Assembly: GCA_964457935.1 (NCBI GenBank)
Contig: CAYWFC010000002.1
Coordinates: 1 to 59,521 of the forward strand
Direction: 5' to 3'
From: an uncultured Lachnospiraceae bacterium
Lineage (GTDB): Bacteria; Bacillota; Clostridia; Christensenellales; UBA1242
Length of the DNA stretch: 59,521 bases
Shown: one piece after another, positions 17,301-25,787 of the stretch
How the letters are laid out: each line of letters opens with the position of its first letter
How positions within the stretch are numbered: position 1 is the first letter of the stretch
Notes under the pieces: model-generated
Databases searched by the model: none
What the model was told of the DNA's origin: nothing
Seen by the model: only the letters and a program-made list of their open reading frames with translations
Position numbers and translations under genes: made by a program

Positions 17301-20174
17301 GATGCGCAGTACTTGGTAGACGGCGCTACATGCGAATATGTGGCTGTAAAGACTAGTAGGAAATTAGATGATTTTTATAACAGCATTCGCGACGAATCGC
17401 TGAGTGGGCTGGAGGCATTGCACGATACTCGCTTGGAGACTACTGAAGGTAGCAGTCTGACGCTGGCAGAGATATTTGTTCAAACTGGTATCAATGCTAT
17501 ACAGATAGAGACGAGTGAGAATATCTTGTACAATACTGACACCCAGACATTCACATATATGGCTATGTCGGATAATGAATATATTAGATTTTACAACGAG
17601 ACTGGTCTAAATGTGGTATATAATATCAAAATCAAGAGCTCAGTAGTCAACTACCTGAACCAAAACTACAACAACACCGCTACTGGTCCTAATAACGCTA
17701 AGTACGAGAAAGTAGTGTACGCCGACGGCAAGATCAATGGCACAGTGCTATCCACTACTGACGTCAAGGCGTGGGCTAAGTGGTACAGAGACGCTGACTA
17801 TAGCGGTAGTGTGAAATTGTATTGGGAGACTAATGTAGACGGCACTAAGACTTATACCGAAATATATAAGGCGAATAGCGAAACTACTGAGATAAAATTC
17901 GAGAATCTAGATATTAGTGGATACGGTGCTGAAAATTTCGGTATTTACAATATCCACGTATTGACTGATGCTGGGTATGTAGGGGTGATTAGCATCATCC
18001 TAGTGCCTGACGATCTAGGCTACACCATAGGCTACACATCTCTAGGCAAGACTAACGAAGAGATATATGGCAATATAGACGGACTGGATATATATGGTAA
18101 TGATTTCGTCAACAAACAGCCAAGAATAACTATCAAGGGCACAAGTGAATACACCACTACTCTCAGCGTGTACACAGTGAATAATCAAGATATGAACTCC
18201 GATATGCAATCGAGATATATCAATATCGCTGGCACGAAGTTTGACCTCAAGACTGTCAGCCAAGACACTGTCATAGTACTCAATGTGGCTATCAGTGTGA
18301 AGGGCATAGAAGTATTGAAATTTAGATATAATATCCTAGTCAAAAATCATCTAGTGATAGATATGCCATATGCTACTAACAAGACATTGGATGTATTCTT
18401 GAATGACTACGATAAGAATGAGATAAATTTCTCTAACAATGGCGACGAAAACTACGCTCAAGTGACTCTGCTGAAATACAGCAATGATATCACTTCTGAC
18501 ACTGGCTATACGTCCGAATACATCTCTAGTGCTAGCCTAGTATACACATTGCGTAACAATGCGAAAGGAGCATCAGTCACTGACGGCATTTTGGCGATAG
18601 ATGAGACAGAGGATTGGGCAGACTACGTGGACGCTACATTGAACCTAACACTGCGTGTGGCTACTCCGTCTGGCGAGTATTATCAGGAATACACCCTGAT
18701 CGTGCATCCTAGTGTCACTATAGTGAAGAATAATTGGTCAGATACTGGTACATACAACGGCGTGGTGGTGCATCGTGGTACTAGCCCTGCTGACGGTGGC
18801 AGTGAGTATGAGATATTCGGCTTTAACGGTGATAGTCCTAATGGTAGCACACCATACAAAGCGTATACTATGACGACTGAGATGAATAAGGATGAGAAAA
18901 CTTATACCAACTACTATTTAGATGGCAGTAGTGGGGTTAAACCGCTAACTGGTACAGCAAAGGTAAAATATCAGATAGTAGATACCGATGCTGCGCTAGA
19001 TAAGCTAAAAGATGAAGAATGGAGCGAAGGAAAAAATATCGCTCTACAGCAGAAAAACTTGCAAGGGGAAGTTACTTATTCTGGACTAAAAGTCACACTA
19101 CCTTATGTGGCTACTGATAGAAATCAAATCGTGGTATACCGCATCACTATAGGTGATATCACATTTGACCACTATGTGCTGGTATCCAATAGGAATATAT
19201 TCATCATCAATCAAAAGGAATTCGTCATTAAGGCAAAAGACACCAGTTTTAGTAAATTTATATTTGGTACAGACGGTAACAGCCTGCTGACTGTAGGTAG
19301 TAGTACTTTAACGGATAATAAGTATACCGCAAAACTCACTGGTGTATGCAATGACGGTAAAGAAGATACTAGTGATAGTATAATTAAAATAAACAATAAT
19401 ACAATTACACTAAATAAACCATTCACTAATGAACTCAGATTCTCTTTGAAGGTAGAGATAGGTGAAACTGTAAAAGATGCTATAGAGGTCGGAACATTTG
19501 GAGAATTTAGAATAGTGCCAGAGAGTACAGAAATGGTCACTCTCAAAGAGTATTCGTTGGTGCGTGACTTCGGCTATAGCGCTAGTGAACTAGGCGCGAC
19601 TGATATCAAGATAGCATATGCAGGAACGTCACCAACTGGTAGTAGCAAAACTATAACACTGAATGATGTAGGGATAAAGTACGAGTCTTCGTATACAAAT
19701 AAGAAATCCTATAAAACAATAAATAGAGGAAATGTTGAAGATACGTTATACTCTTATACATATACAGAGACTAATACAAATAAATTATATAATTTATCTA
19801 AAACGGTATATGTCTTGGATTATAAGGTAAATGCATTCATCGTGCCACAGCAGAATGATATCAACCTAGACACTATATACATCAATTTGTCTGATTATAC
19901 GGTGTCATCAGACGAAAACTACAAAGTAAAATTACATAATTACATCAAGATAGCATACTGGGATGATAGTAAAGATGATAAAATAGATGTTATTGACGGT
20001 GGTGATTTTACATTCAATAAGAATTCTAGTAACGTGACGATGAATAGTAATGAATTATCTATACCAGCAAGTATAACTGAACAAATTAGTTTCGAGATAA
20101 AAGTTACTTATGGTGATTTAACCAAAACTGTCACTGTATATGTCAATCCACCTGAGTCATCTACTGATGAATAA
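11385..20174 (+). CDS. giant (2929 aa) membrane-anchored surface protein, function unknown
   Basis: RBS AGGAG 11376-11380. N-terminal signal-anchor ILKIASIVMLSGIGVIGATAGVLAI. T/N/D/Y/I-rich beta-type composition throughout. DP(I/V)DP linker encoded at ~13215-13360. No LPXTG seen. Confidence 0.8.
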   Translation: MFRRILKIASIVMLSGIGVIGATAGVLAIKGEFSNKKYKPNALTFESTEMYVDNSMDDLSFKVFADSTKVNVTDITLHILEGEELIEITSDETNIDEEITFRLKELSDISASSSKGKVVIEARNSDNTVSTYPDNLTIYVDRLTEAVSIQDTNDTNNNRFYPVTEPDGSVTYYNGKIGETKTITINVGDEYQLTPLFYPAYSNHPISEKDPKIVEYYMKDEEELNGTLYTDNNGVSYVRGEHAGDFVIKVATYASYSIQDELEASRPAEELEVERDYRLNSMVVSEIRFIVKNIDVDSIVMDGSAPEFKLGETTKVVLNDATPNAGVYNLGIQLYKNGTPVEQKLNEIRFVNEVPNTSGSYLTFVNGDGKIVNNYFDINYSGSGNKRTFEITPLRYVANLSLKLTVINENNNKFEKTISNIGIDYTYVDAKINKDIIIPIGESGVGNVALADYLTVENANNTYSKVLYFVVVPSGQDNYAEEIPFDVIPRVRHNGDYLIGFKDGNNVVLDQLRCKTGSISTTQIYAVVVRSSLDGAKIYDKNGEPIEISNYIDDPDNTTGTTGTSIINLAYSGAEAVGSVVSSNHIRHKVTPVYTIGDIAIYLEGVTEDGVEPENTDPIDPVDPIDPNPVDPDVDPTPIDPVNLAEPDPDDPDNTEPDKYELHTTPWKLREQYSVGEGRPESPTLVIRDQGTINALAYALQNAKANNFNYTLSARAYNGNTMIGSLGSNEITFGELKPYTTSGEWAGGDIKDIDCYKCTLDIKNYPTLTGFTDDTVIRFFLNYSYNDYTSKAEESETINILSGAVTGISVADDDNAITDIKVEATWDSESKTASYKMYINNDTTGKDIDINIDFLAEYIHFTPEYAINQSYTYSSDGTYFEVRSNGTDFVLVFKKSGTGALTITSVDNINKFATINVNVEVPKNEIKGDKIGTAGNPEIVYASSQGLLALVQPLLTGAGIEFSIESVDVNGTSMADYTGIVTLDNNGTLSKDNKYLNDSVTVKVKASSIFAEDKYLYITLSSPVSVIENSDNKTNVAYQGTTFAIAQFLDKEITPTAENSTLIIRQNAQNVILTYKLNDQDFTDDIGSTENTILIDTSGMDTGSYIFKIYLDGICLKEYEFQIKSNVELITKYTENNRYVMKPDDSKDVSELVQIKAYDIEEKYYVSYDEPDQEVKIINIEHGGYLTVTDNTITAGWIESNTQDTYVYFNGDESLKLYIRIENDMSAGLNVSEGTAATAIDMSGKLVVDGEGWNISNITADDTNVKYIDGKLIYNAFVSVNTTVTLNVTIVNDGKKWTFDHTFTFTPLLPTISTDAVVKAGKSYKITDFISYKLTYDYVENSEIKSGTRDVTITIGSPKVEQLESFDHIFSTLATKDIISVNVNDQSSFTIGTNVGNGAEITLTVKVEYENISYFINDFAIVAKLTEELIVTYPTITDGAENVKAGDSINMFAIDDRFGSSYQRVIHGSTAKVQYLDSTYETLGYQGVSELVHIDGGVVTFDSAFMNMGSGTVTLVITTSTGRSAKYVVNVMAVSDKEYSFEGKDDGQIVKDSATLDLTEYLTIKDQYGIAITEYTVVAVDGAEYINTNKINDGVLTGKEITFQTVYSTHIIKFAIYININNNIVFVGNYSITLVPDVTVTVDETVEDELKAVKDPISYEYKLKLITDEDADFADLLTVTYGDESIEINNITCDDSDDRMAIDGNTVTFRPVASETTYHLHLYYILSEEIEKYFVIDVTVTVTPGEYFKSDVKSNINPDAGPINMGIGSECDKDFILEKVLADDFKNTLLDEYGKLKTKEISIYDKSGNVVDGSYFSAVNATTYIEYTFETSFGARQTFTFVVYPNISDKMDYTQSKGETSVNAVEATITTGDNTNGSTIKLSDYVNIKYRNENNYQIQGMALNVTVADNAYKGYLLGYDASTCTIKFAHSAMRKTFCLNIQVPFVQVPFGDNTYFAEIYKLWVTIPATYGMDAQYLVDGATCEYVAVKTSRKLDDFYNSIRDESLSGLEALHDTRLETTEGSSLTLAEIFVQTGINAIQIETSENILYNTDTQTFTYMAMSDNEYIRFYNETGLNVVYNIKIKSSVVNYLNQNYNNTATGPNNAKYEKVVYADGKINGTVLSTTDVKAWAKWYRDADYSGSVKLYWETNVDGTKTYTEIYKANSETTEIKFENLDISGYGAENFGIYNIHVLTDAGYVGVISIILVPDDLGYTIGYTSLGKTNEEIYGNIDGLDIYGNDFVNKQPRITIKGTSEYTTTLSVYTVNNQDMNSDMQSRYINIAGTKFDLKTVSQDTVIVLNVAISVKGIEVLKFRYNILVKNHLVIDMPYATNKTLDVFLNDYDKNEINFSNNGDENYAQVTLLKYSNDITSDTGYTSEYISSASLVYTLRNNAKGASVTDGILAIDETEDWADYVDATLNLTLRVATPSGEYYQEYTLIVHPSVTIVKNNWSDTGTYNGVVVHRGTSPADGGSEYEIFGFNGDSPNGSTPYKAYTMTTEMNKDEKTYTNYYLDGSSGVKPLTGTAKVKYQIVDTDAALDKLKDEEWSEGKNIALQQKNLQGEVTYSGLKVTLPYVATDRNQIVVYRITIGDITFDHYVLVSNRNIFIINQKEFVIKAKDTSFSKFIFGTDGNSLLTVGSSTLTDNKYTAKLTGVCNDGKEDTSDSIIKINNNTITLNKPFTNELRFSLKVEIGETVKDAIEVGTFGEFRIVPESTEMVTLKEYSLVRDFGYSASELGATDIKIAYAGTSPTGSSKTITLNDVGIKYESSYTNKKSYKTINRGNVEDTLYSYTYTETNTNKLYNLSKTVYVLDYKVNAFIVPQQNDINLDTIYINLSDYTVSSDENYKVKLHNYIKIAYWDDSKDDKIDVIDGGDFTFNKNSSNVTMNSNELSIPASITEQISFEIKVTYGDLTKTVTVYVNPPESSTDE

Positions 20175-20287
20175 TATGACAAACTATAGTTAGTGAATAA
20201 TATTATTGCTAGTAAATAATATTACAAACTAGAGTAGTGAATATTATAGCGTATGATGTCAAGAACTAGAGATAGTGAATGATGTAA

Positions 20288-20321
20288 CCAAAAATTGCGC
20301 ACATTAGTGCGCAATTTTTGG
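20288..20321 (+). terminator. terminator-like perfect hairpin after the giant gene
   Basis: CCAAAAATTGCGCAC-ATTA-GTGCGCAATTTTTGG (15-bp stem). Confidence 0.75.
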
Positions 20322-20510
20322 TAGGTAGGGGGTAGGCGACAAATGGTGAAATTTTGGCTAATAGGGTACAGTTGACAGATGAGCAGGCTTTAATGGAGTA
20401 TAGGTGGTAGATGAGTGGGCTTTAATGGAGTGCAGGTGGTGGATGAGTATGTTTTGGCTAATAGGAGCAAGTGGCAGGCGAGCTTTTGGCTAATGGTGGG
20501 TGGATTAAGT
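20322..20510 (+). repeat. C-depleted G/T/A-rich tract with internal repeats
   Basis: GGCTTTAATGGAGT(A/G)(T/C)AGGTGGT(A/G)GATGAGT x2 and TTTTGGCTAAT(A/G)G x3. Almost no C on the plus strand. Confidence 0.8.
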
Positions 20511-20601
20511 GTCGGAATGTGATATTTTTGGAAGAAATTTCATAAAAGGTATTGAAAAATTTTTATAATGTGATATAATACTCCTATATTTAGGAGGGAT
20601 T

Positions 20602-22824
20602 ATGGCTGAAGAAAAGACACTAAGCGTAGAAGAAAAGAGAAAGATATTGAAGACTATATACATTCCCGGGGAGCACACTGCCAGCGACATCGACTTCGAC
20701 AAAATGCCTGCTCAGAAGATAGAGAGCATATACGACTCTATCATTGACGGCTGTCTACCTACCATGAAGTATGTATCCACTGTGATGGGGGTCACTGGTA
20801 TCACGTCGACTAATTTCTTTGATGTGAATTTCGAGACGGGCGCTAATGCCAAGTATCAGGCGAATTTCCCTGATGCCAAGATGCTGGCGCGTTCTATCAG
20901 GTCTACAGTGCTAGAGGACAAAGAGAGCGAATATGCCAAGATCGTGCAGAGAAATCACGACACATTATTCACTCAGCACGACCATGTGAACTGGAAAGAC
21001 TATCTATACGTCTATATGGCAGAGAAGATATTCCTGCGCACGCAGGGGGTCATAGACTCCATAGACTTCGGCGAAGTGCTGAATGACCAAGACATCATCC
21101 CTGCTGTAGTGCAGAGGAACAGTGTGCTATACTCTGACGGCAAACTCACCAACGACGCGCCTGCTCAGTCCCTAGCGCAATACAGAGACGCTAGTCACGA
21201 CTACGAGGACATGGGGGATTATGTCAGGAATATATGCACCGCGTACGGCAAAGACCCGCTAAACAAGAACAAATCTGACATTTACACGCTGGCTACAGTA
21301 TATGACGAGATATTAGGTGAAGAACTGGCTGGTGTCAATATCAGCGACTTAGAAAAGAATAGCATCAAGTGGCTCGCCAACGCATTCGCACTGCAGGCAA
21401 TCAGCAGTGAAAAGGCGATAGTGTATCAGGCGAAAGACATATTCGCCAAGCACGTCATCGAGCTGGAGAAGAGCAATCCTGTACAGCACCCTAACAGTCT
21501 GGCAGTGAGCAGCAAAAATGACAAACTTTACAGCAAAAACAACAAAAAATACTATCAGACTATGCAAGACATCTACTCCACAGCCTACAGACTGGCGACC
21601 AAAGTGCTAAAAGCCACATATGGGCTAGAGGCAGACGCATCTGACTGGACTTTGGCTAGCAGGGTAGCAGACAGACTGGGATGTCAGATAGAGATTACGC
21701 CAAATACAGCATTTTTGGATATCATCAACGCCGTATATGACGTAGAGAAGCATTATGTCAATATTGCCAAGATATTGAATGCCAAGCAAGCAGATGCATC
21801 ACCAGAAGAAGTGCTCGAACCTGTAGAGCCTGAGATAGTGCCAGGCGAGACTGCAGAGGATGAGCCAGAGCCATTCGTAGTGATAGATGACCCTATCGAA
21901 GACCCTATCGAGGGCGAAATCGAGGAAGTAAAGCCTACTGAGCCTGAGCCAGAGCCTATAGAGCCAGAGCCTGAGAAGGTAGTGCCTATCGAAGACAAGC
22001 CAAAACAGTCTAAACCAAAGAAACCCAAGACCTTTACTCAAAAAGCTACGGAGAGAAACACAATGTCAAAACAGAAAACAAACGCAAAGTCAGCCAGTGA
22101 AAAAGACCAACTAATATTAAATATATTGGAAGGGTATTTCAACAAACTGAGCGACTGCTACGAGAAGGTCAATGACCAGTATATAAAGTTTAACAATGGT
22201 GCTTGCGCAGACGAAAACAGTATGTTATCGCTATACAGGTGGCTAAACACTGATGTAGACATGGTGTTAGACACAATGGGAGCGGTAAGCAAAGTCTATG
22301 TCTCTGATCACAAACCTCTCGAGGTGGCTATTGCTCGAGGCGAAGTGTGCGAATACATCGACGGCAGTGCAGTGAGCAAGAACAAGCAGATCAATGATAT
22401 AGTGAAATATATTAATTCGTATATCAATCAAATCAAATCAAAGAGAGACACTATACGCAGAGTACTCGACTCCAACCAGAAGATGCGCGACATCGAGACA
22501 GATATGATAGTAGATGCACATTCTGAGTCAGCGCACAAGGTGGCTATGGCTCAAGCCAACAGTCAGATAGCGCAAAACCAAGGCAAAGCATCTCGTATCA
22601 ACGTCAATACTAGAGCGAAATCTCTAGACGACGAGAGAGACGACAAGATGTACGCTATGCTGAAAGATTTCCAGAGAAAAGAGCGCGAAGCAGACTTCAA
22701 GAGCGCTATGGCGAAGATAGAGAGCGCCAATGCTAGCAAGCGCGAGTACATCAGCGAGTATGATAGCAACGAACTTTTCAAAGAATTGATCAAGAAAATC
22801 GAAAATAAGGACAATACTTTATAG
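20602..22824 (+). CDS. hypothetical 740-aa protein with central Pro/Glu-rich linker and coiled-coil-like C-terminus
   Basis: RBS TAGGAGGG precedes the start. No TM segment. Linker EPVEPEIVPGETAEDEPEPF...TEPEPEPIEPEPEK is encoded at ~21810-22010. No recognisable catalytic motif. Confidence 0.7.
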   Translation: MAEEKTLSVEEKRKILKTIYIPGEHTASDIDFDKMPAQKIESIYDSIIDGCLPTMKYVSTVMGVTGITSTNFFDVNFETGANAKYQANFPDAKMLARSIRSTVLEDKESEYAKIVQRNHDTLFTQHDHVNWKDYLYVYMAEKIFLRTQGVIDSIDFGEVLNDQDIIPAVVQRNSVLYSDGKLTNDAPAQSLAQYRDASHDYEDMGDYVRNICTAYGKDPLNKNKSDIYTLATVYDEILGEELAGVNISDLEKNSIKWLANAFALQAISSEKAIVYQAKDIFAKHVIELEKSNPVQHPNSLAVSSKNDKLYSKNNKKYYQTMQDIYSTAYRLATKVLKATYGLEADASDWTLASRVADRLGCQIEITPNTAFLDIINAVYDVEKHYVNIAKILNAKQADASPEEVLEPVEPEIVPGETAEDEPEPFVVIDDPIEDPIEGEIEEVKPTEPEPEPIEPEPEKVVPIEDKPKQSKPKKPKTFTQKATERNTMSKQKTNAKSASEKDQLILNILEGYFNKLSDCYEKVNDQYIKFNNGACADENSMLSLYRWLNTDVDMVLDTMGAVSKVYVSDHKPLEVAIARGEVCEYIDGSAVSKNKQINDIVKYINSYINQIKSKRDTIRRVLDSNQKMRDIETDMIVDAHSESAHKVAMAQANSQIAQNQGKASRINVNTRAKSLDDERDDKMYAMLKDFQRKEREADFKSAMAKIESANASKREYISEYDSNELFKELIKKIENKDNTL

Positions 22825-22838
22825 GATAGGAGGAGATT

Positions 22839-23075
22839 ATGGCAAAGTTGAGCGAACAAGATTTTGAGAACAAATGCATCGAGGTAATGGAGAGCATCAT
22901 CACTGTGAACAAAGAAATGTCCAGACTAGACGCTGTCAATCTGGCTAAAAAGATGCTAGCCAAGGCTGAAGAAAACGGCAACGAAGAAGTCATCAAAGTG
23001 TTTGAAAAAGTCGTAGAAGAGTTTGAAGACGCGACTGACGACGAATACAATACTCTCAAAAAGCAATTATTGTAG
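22839..23075 (+). CDS. small acidic hypothetical protein (78 aa)
   Basis: RBS TAGGAGGAG precedes the start, 14 nt after the upstream stop. Helical, E/K-rich. Confidence 0.55.
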   Translation: MAKLSEQDFENKCIEVMESIITVNKEMSRLDAVNLAKKMLAKAEENGNEEVIKVFEKVVEEFEDATDDEYNTLKKQLL

Positions 23076-23193
23076 TTTTCATTATACATTTTTAGCCAAA
23101 AGTCGGTGCATATGCTGTGTGTGCCGGCTTTTTTGGTGTAATTTCCTTGCAAAATGTTTGGTATTGTGCTAATATATTTTTGGAGAAAAATTT

Positions 23194-24870
23194 ATGAATA
23201 CTCAACAAGCTATAGCAGATTTGCTGTTTCCTAATGTGACTATCACTGTGGAAGAATTATTGAACAAATACCCCAAGAGAGATTTGCCAGCAGGCGCAGA
23301 GGTGACTCGCTTCGCCCCTAGCCCTACAGGACTAGTGCACATCGGCGGTGTGTATCAGTGTATGATCAATTCATTCTTTGCGCACCAGTCTGGCGGTGTG
23401 TTTTATTTGCGTTGCGAAGACACTGACAAGAAGCGCGAAGTGGCTGGCGCGTGTGATCTGATATATCCTACCTTAGTCAAACTAGGCATCGCCATAGACG
23501 AAGGCTTCGTCAGCACAGAGAGCGAGATAGGCGCATACGGACCATACCTGCAGAGCAGAAGGACAGAATACTACCAAGCATTCGCCAAAGAACTGGTGAA
23601 GCGCGGTCTAGCATACCCATGCTTCTGCGACGAAGAGGATGACAAGGCTGACTACCGCAGTGAGCAAAAGAAACTCGGTGTGCCTACAGGATACTACGGC
23701 AGATGGGCAAAATGTCGCAATTTGACATATGACCAGATCAAAGCCAACATTGACGCTGGCAAGCCATTCAAGATCAGAGTGAGGTCTGACGGCGACGGCG
23801 TGAGGAGGATAACATTCCATGACGAATTGCGCGGGGATGTGTCTTTCCTAGACAATCACATAGACTATGTCATACTGAAGAGTGACGGCACAGCGCTGTA
23901 TCATTTGGCGCACCTAGTGGACGACACTCTGATGCACACTACCACAGTCATTCGTGACGAGTCGTGGCTACCTAGCGCACCGTTGCATTTGCAGTTATTC
24001 AGATACATGGGCTTGACAGCGCCAAAGTATCTGCACACAGCGCAGGTCATGACTATAGACAAGAATACTGGCGCCACTCGCAAGATCAGCAAGCGCTATG
24101 ACAGCTGGGCAGACAGCCGTTGGTTCTTAGAGAACGGATACCCTATCGATGCAGTGCAAGAATATCTACTAAACCTCATCAATTCTAACTTTGAGCTGTG
24201 GAGAAAGGATAACCCTAATGCCAAACTGAGCGAATTTCATCTGTCGATAGACAAGATGAGCAGGAGTGGTGGGATATTCGACCTAGACAAACTAAATAAT
24301 ATATCCAAAGACGTCATCTCGCGTATGACAAAGGACGAATTATTCGCATTGTCGTATGAATACGCTAAGAGTTATGACCCAGACTTGCTCGCCATGATAG
24401 AGCAGTCGCACGAGTACTACACTGACATCTTGAATATCGAGCGTGAGCAAGACCACCCTAGAAAAGACTTCACTACATACAGAGACATCGTACCACAGAT
24501 AGCATATATGTACAGAGACTATTTCGAGCGCGATGTGGTGGATTATGAGTTCCAGCTAGTCACTGACAAGGCGCAGATTTTGGACATCGTGCGTCTGTAT
24601 ATAGACAAATATTACGACGTCGCAGACGACAAACAGACTTGGTTTGACAAGGTCAAGGCTATGTGTACCGAACTGGGCTTCGCTAGCGATATGAAGTCAT
24701 ACAAGGCTAATCCTACCGCCTACAAGGGCAATATCGCCGATGTCAGCACTGTGCTGAGAGTGGTATTTACCACCAAGAGCAAGACACCTGACCTGTATCA
24801 GATACTGCGCCTGATGGGCAAGGACGAGATGAACTACAGGGTGGATGCTTTCACTAGAAAATACAATTAA
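23194..24870 (+). CDS. gltX: glutamate--tRNA ligase (long form, 558 aa)
   Basis: RFAPSPTGLVHIGG (HIGH region) and KISKRY (KMSKS-type). Class I GluRS N-terminus. Confidence 0.85.
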   Translation: MNTQQAIADLLFPNVTITVEELLNKYPKRDLPAGAEVTRFAPSPTGLVHIGGVYQCMINSFFAHQSGGVFYLRCEDTDKKREVAGACDLIYPTLVKLGIAIDEGFVSTESEIGAYGPYLQSRRTEYYQAFAKELVKRGLAYPCFCDEEDDKADYRSEQKKLGVPTGYYGRWAKCRNLTYDQIKANIDAGKPFKIRVRSDGDGVRRITFHDELRGDVSFLDNHIDYVILKSDGTALYHLAHLVDDTLMHTTTVIRDESWLPSAPLHLQLFRYMGLTAPKYLHTAQVMTIDKNTGATRKISKRYDSWADSRWFLENGYPIDAVQEYLLNLINSNFELWRKDNPNAKLSEFHLSIDKMSRSGGIFDLDKLNNISKDVISRMTKDELFALSYEYAKSYDPDLLAMIEQSHEYYTDILNIEREQDHPRKDFTTYRDIVPQIAYMYRDYFERDVVDYEFQLVTDKAQILDIVRLYIDKYYDVADDKQTWFDKVKAMCTELGFASDMKSYKANPTAYKGNIADVSTVLRVVFTTKSKTPDLYQILRLMGKDEMNYRVDAFTRKYN

Positions 24871-24888
24871 TACGAAAAGGGGACAAAT

Positions 24889-25323
24889 ATGGGAATGTTT
24901 GATTGGCTGATGAGAGGCTTCGGTTTCGACAATCAAAACAAAAAATCGGGCAAAAAACAAAATGCAGGCGACCAAAAGTATGCTAACTTTAATCTGCACG
25001 AGAAGATAGGCAATGACAGCGTCACTTTCGCTGGAGGTAATGCTGTGGACAGCCTAAACATCAATATGGACAGGAATATCATACTGCATGAGCCGAAGAC
25101 TCACAGAGATGTGCAGTTGGTCGTCGACCATATCAGGCAAAATCAAGCCACTCTCGTCAATCTGAGTGGCATAGGCGACCAAGATGTAGGCAGGATATTG
25201 GACTTTTTGAGCGGGGCGATATATGCGCTCAATGGCAGTATTTGTCGCATACACGACGACCAATTTTTGATCACGCCTGACGGGAGCAAGATTTTGCGCC
25301 CAGAGAACAAAGACAAACAATGA
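24889..25323 (+). CDS. sepF: cell division protein SepF
   Basis: C-terminal DUF552 pattern (LHEPKTHRDVQLVVDHIRQNQATLVNL ... ILDFLSGAIYALNGSICRI). Confidence 0.8.
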   Translation: MGMFDWLMRGFGFDNQNKKSGKKQNAGDQKYANFNLHEKIGNDSVTFAGGNAVDSLNINMDRNIILHEPKTHRDVQLVVDHIRQNQATLVNLSGIGDQDVGRILDFLSGAIYALNGSICRIHDDQFLITPDGSKILRPENKDKQ

Positions 25324-25787
25324 AGAAAAAGTATATATTTTTGAGCGTGATGATAGTTATTTTGTTAGCGATTGATTTGCTAACAAAATATTTTTTGACC
25401 GATGTATATGACCTGACTATCATACCCGGTGTGGTGTCGTTTGACTATGTCACCAATACTGGCGCGAGTTTTAGCATTTTTAGCGGTCACACCGCGTGGC
25501 TGGCTGTGTTTAGCGCGGTCATGGTGGTGGCTATAGTGGTGGTGGACGTGCTGTATCGCTCGCGTCATCCGCTCTATGTGGTGTCTATCGGGCTGGTGAT
25601 GGCTGGCGCAGTCGGCAATCTCATCGATAGGCTGGCTTTTGGCTATGTGAGAGACTTTATCCGACTGGATTTCGTCAATTTCGCCATTTTTAACTTCGCT
25701 GACTGCTGTCTCACTGTGGGGTGCGTGTGCTTGGCTGTGTATATTCTGTTTTTTAGTAAGATTAAGGGTAATAATGACACAAAATAA
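25320..25787 (+). CDS. lspA: lipoprotein signal peptidase (signal peptidase II)
   Basis: NTGASFSIF, GNLIDRLAFGYVRDFI, FNFADCCLTVG motifs. ATGA overlap with sepF. Confidence 0.9.
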   Translation: MKKKYIFLSVMIVILLAIDLLTKYFLTDVYDLTIIPGVVSFDYVTNTGASFSIFSGHTAWLAVFSAVMVVAIVVVDVLYRSRHPLYVVSIGLVMAGAVGNLIDRLAFGYVRDFIRLDFVNFAIFNFADCCLTVGCVCLAVYILFFSKIKGNNDTK

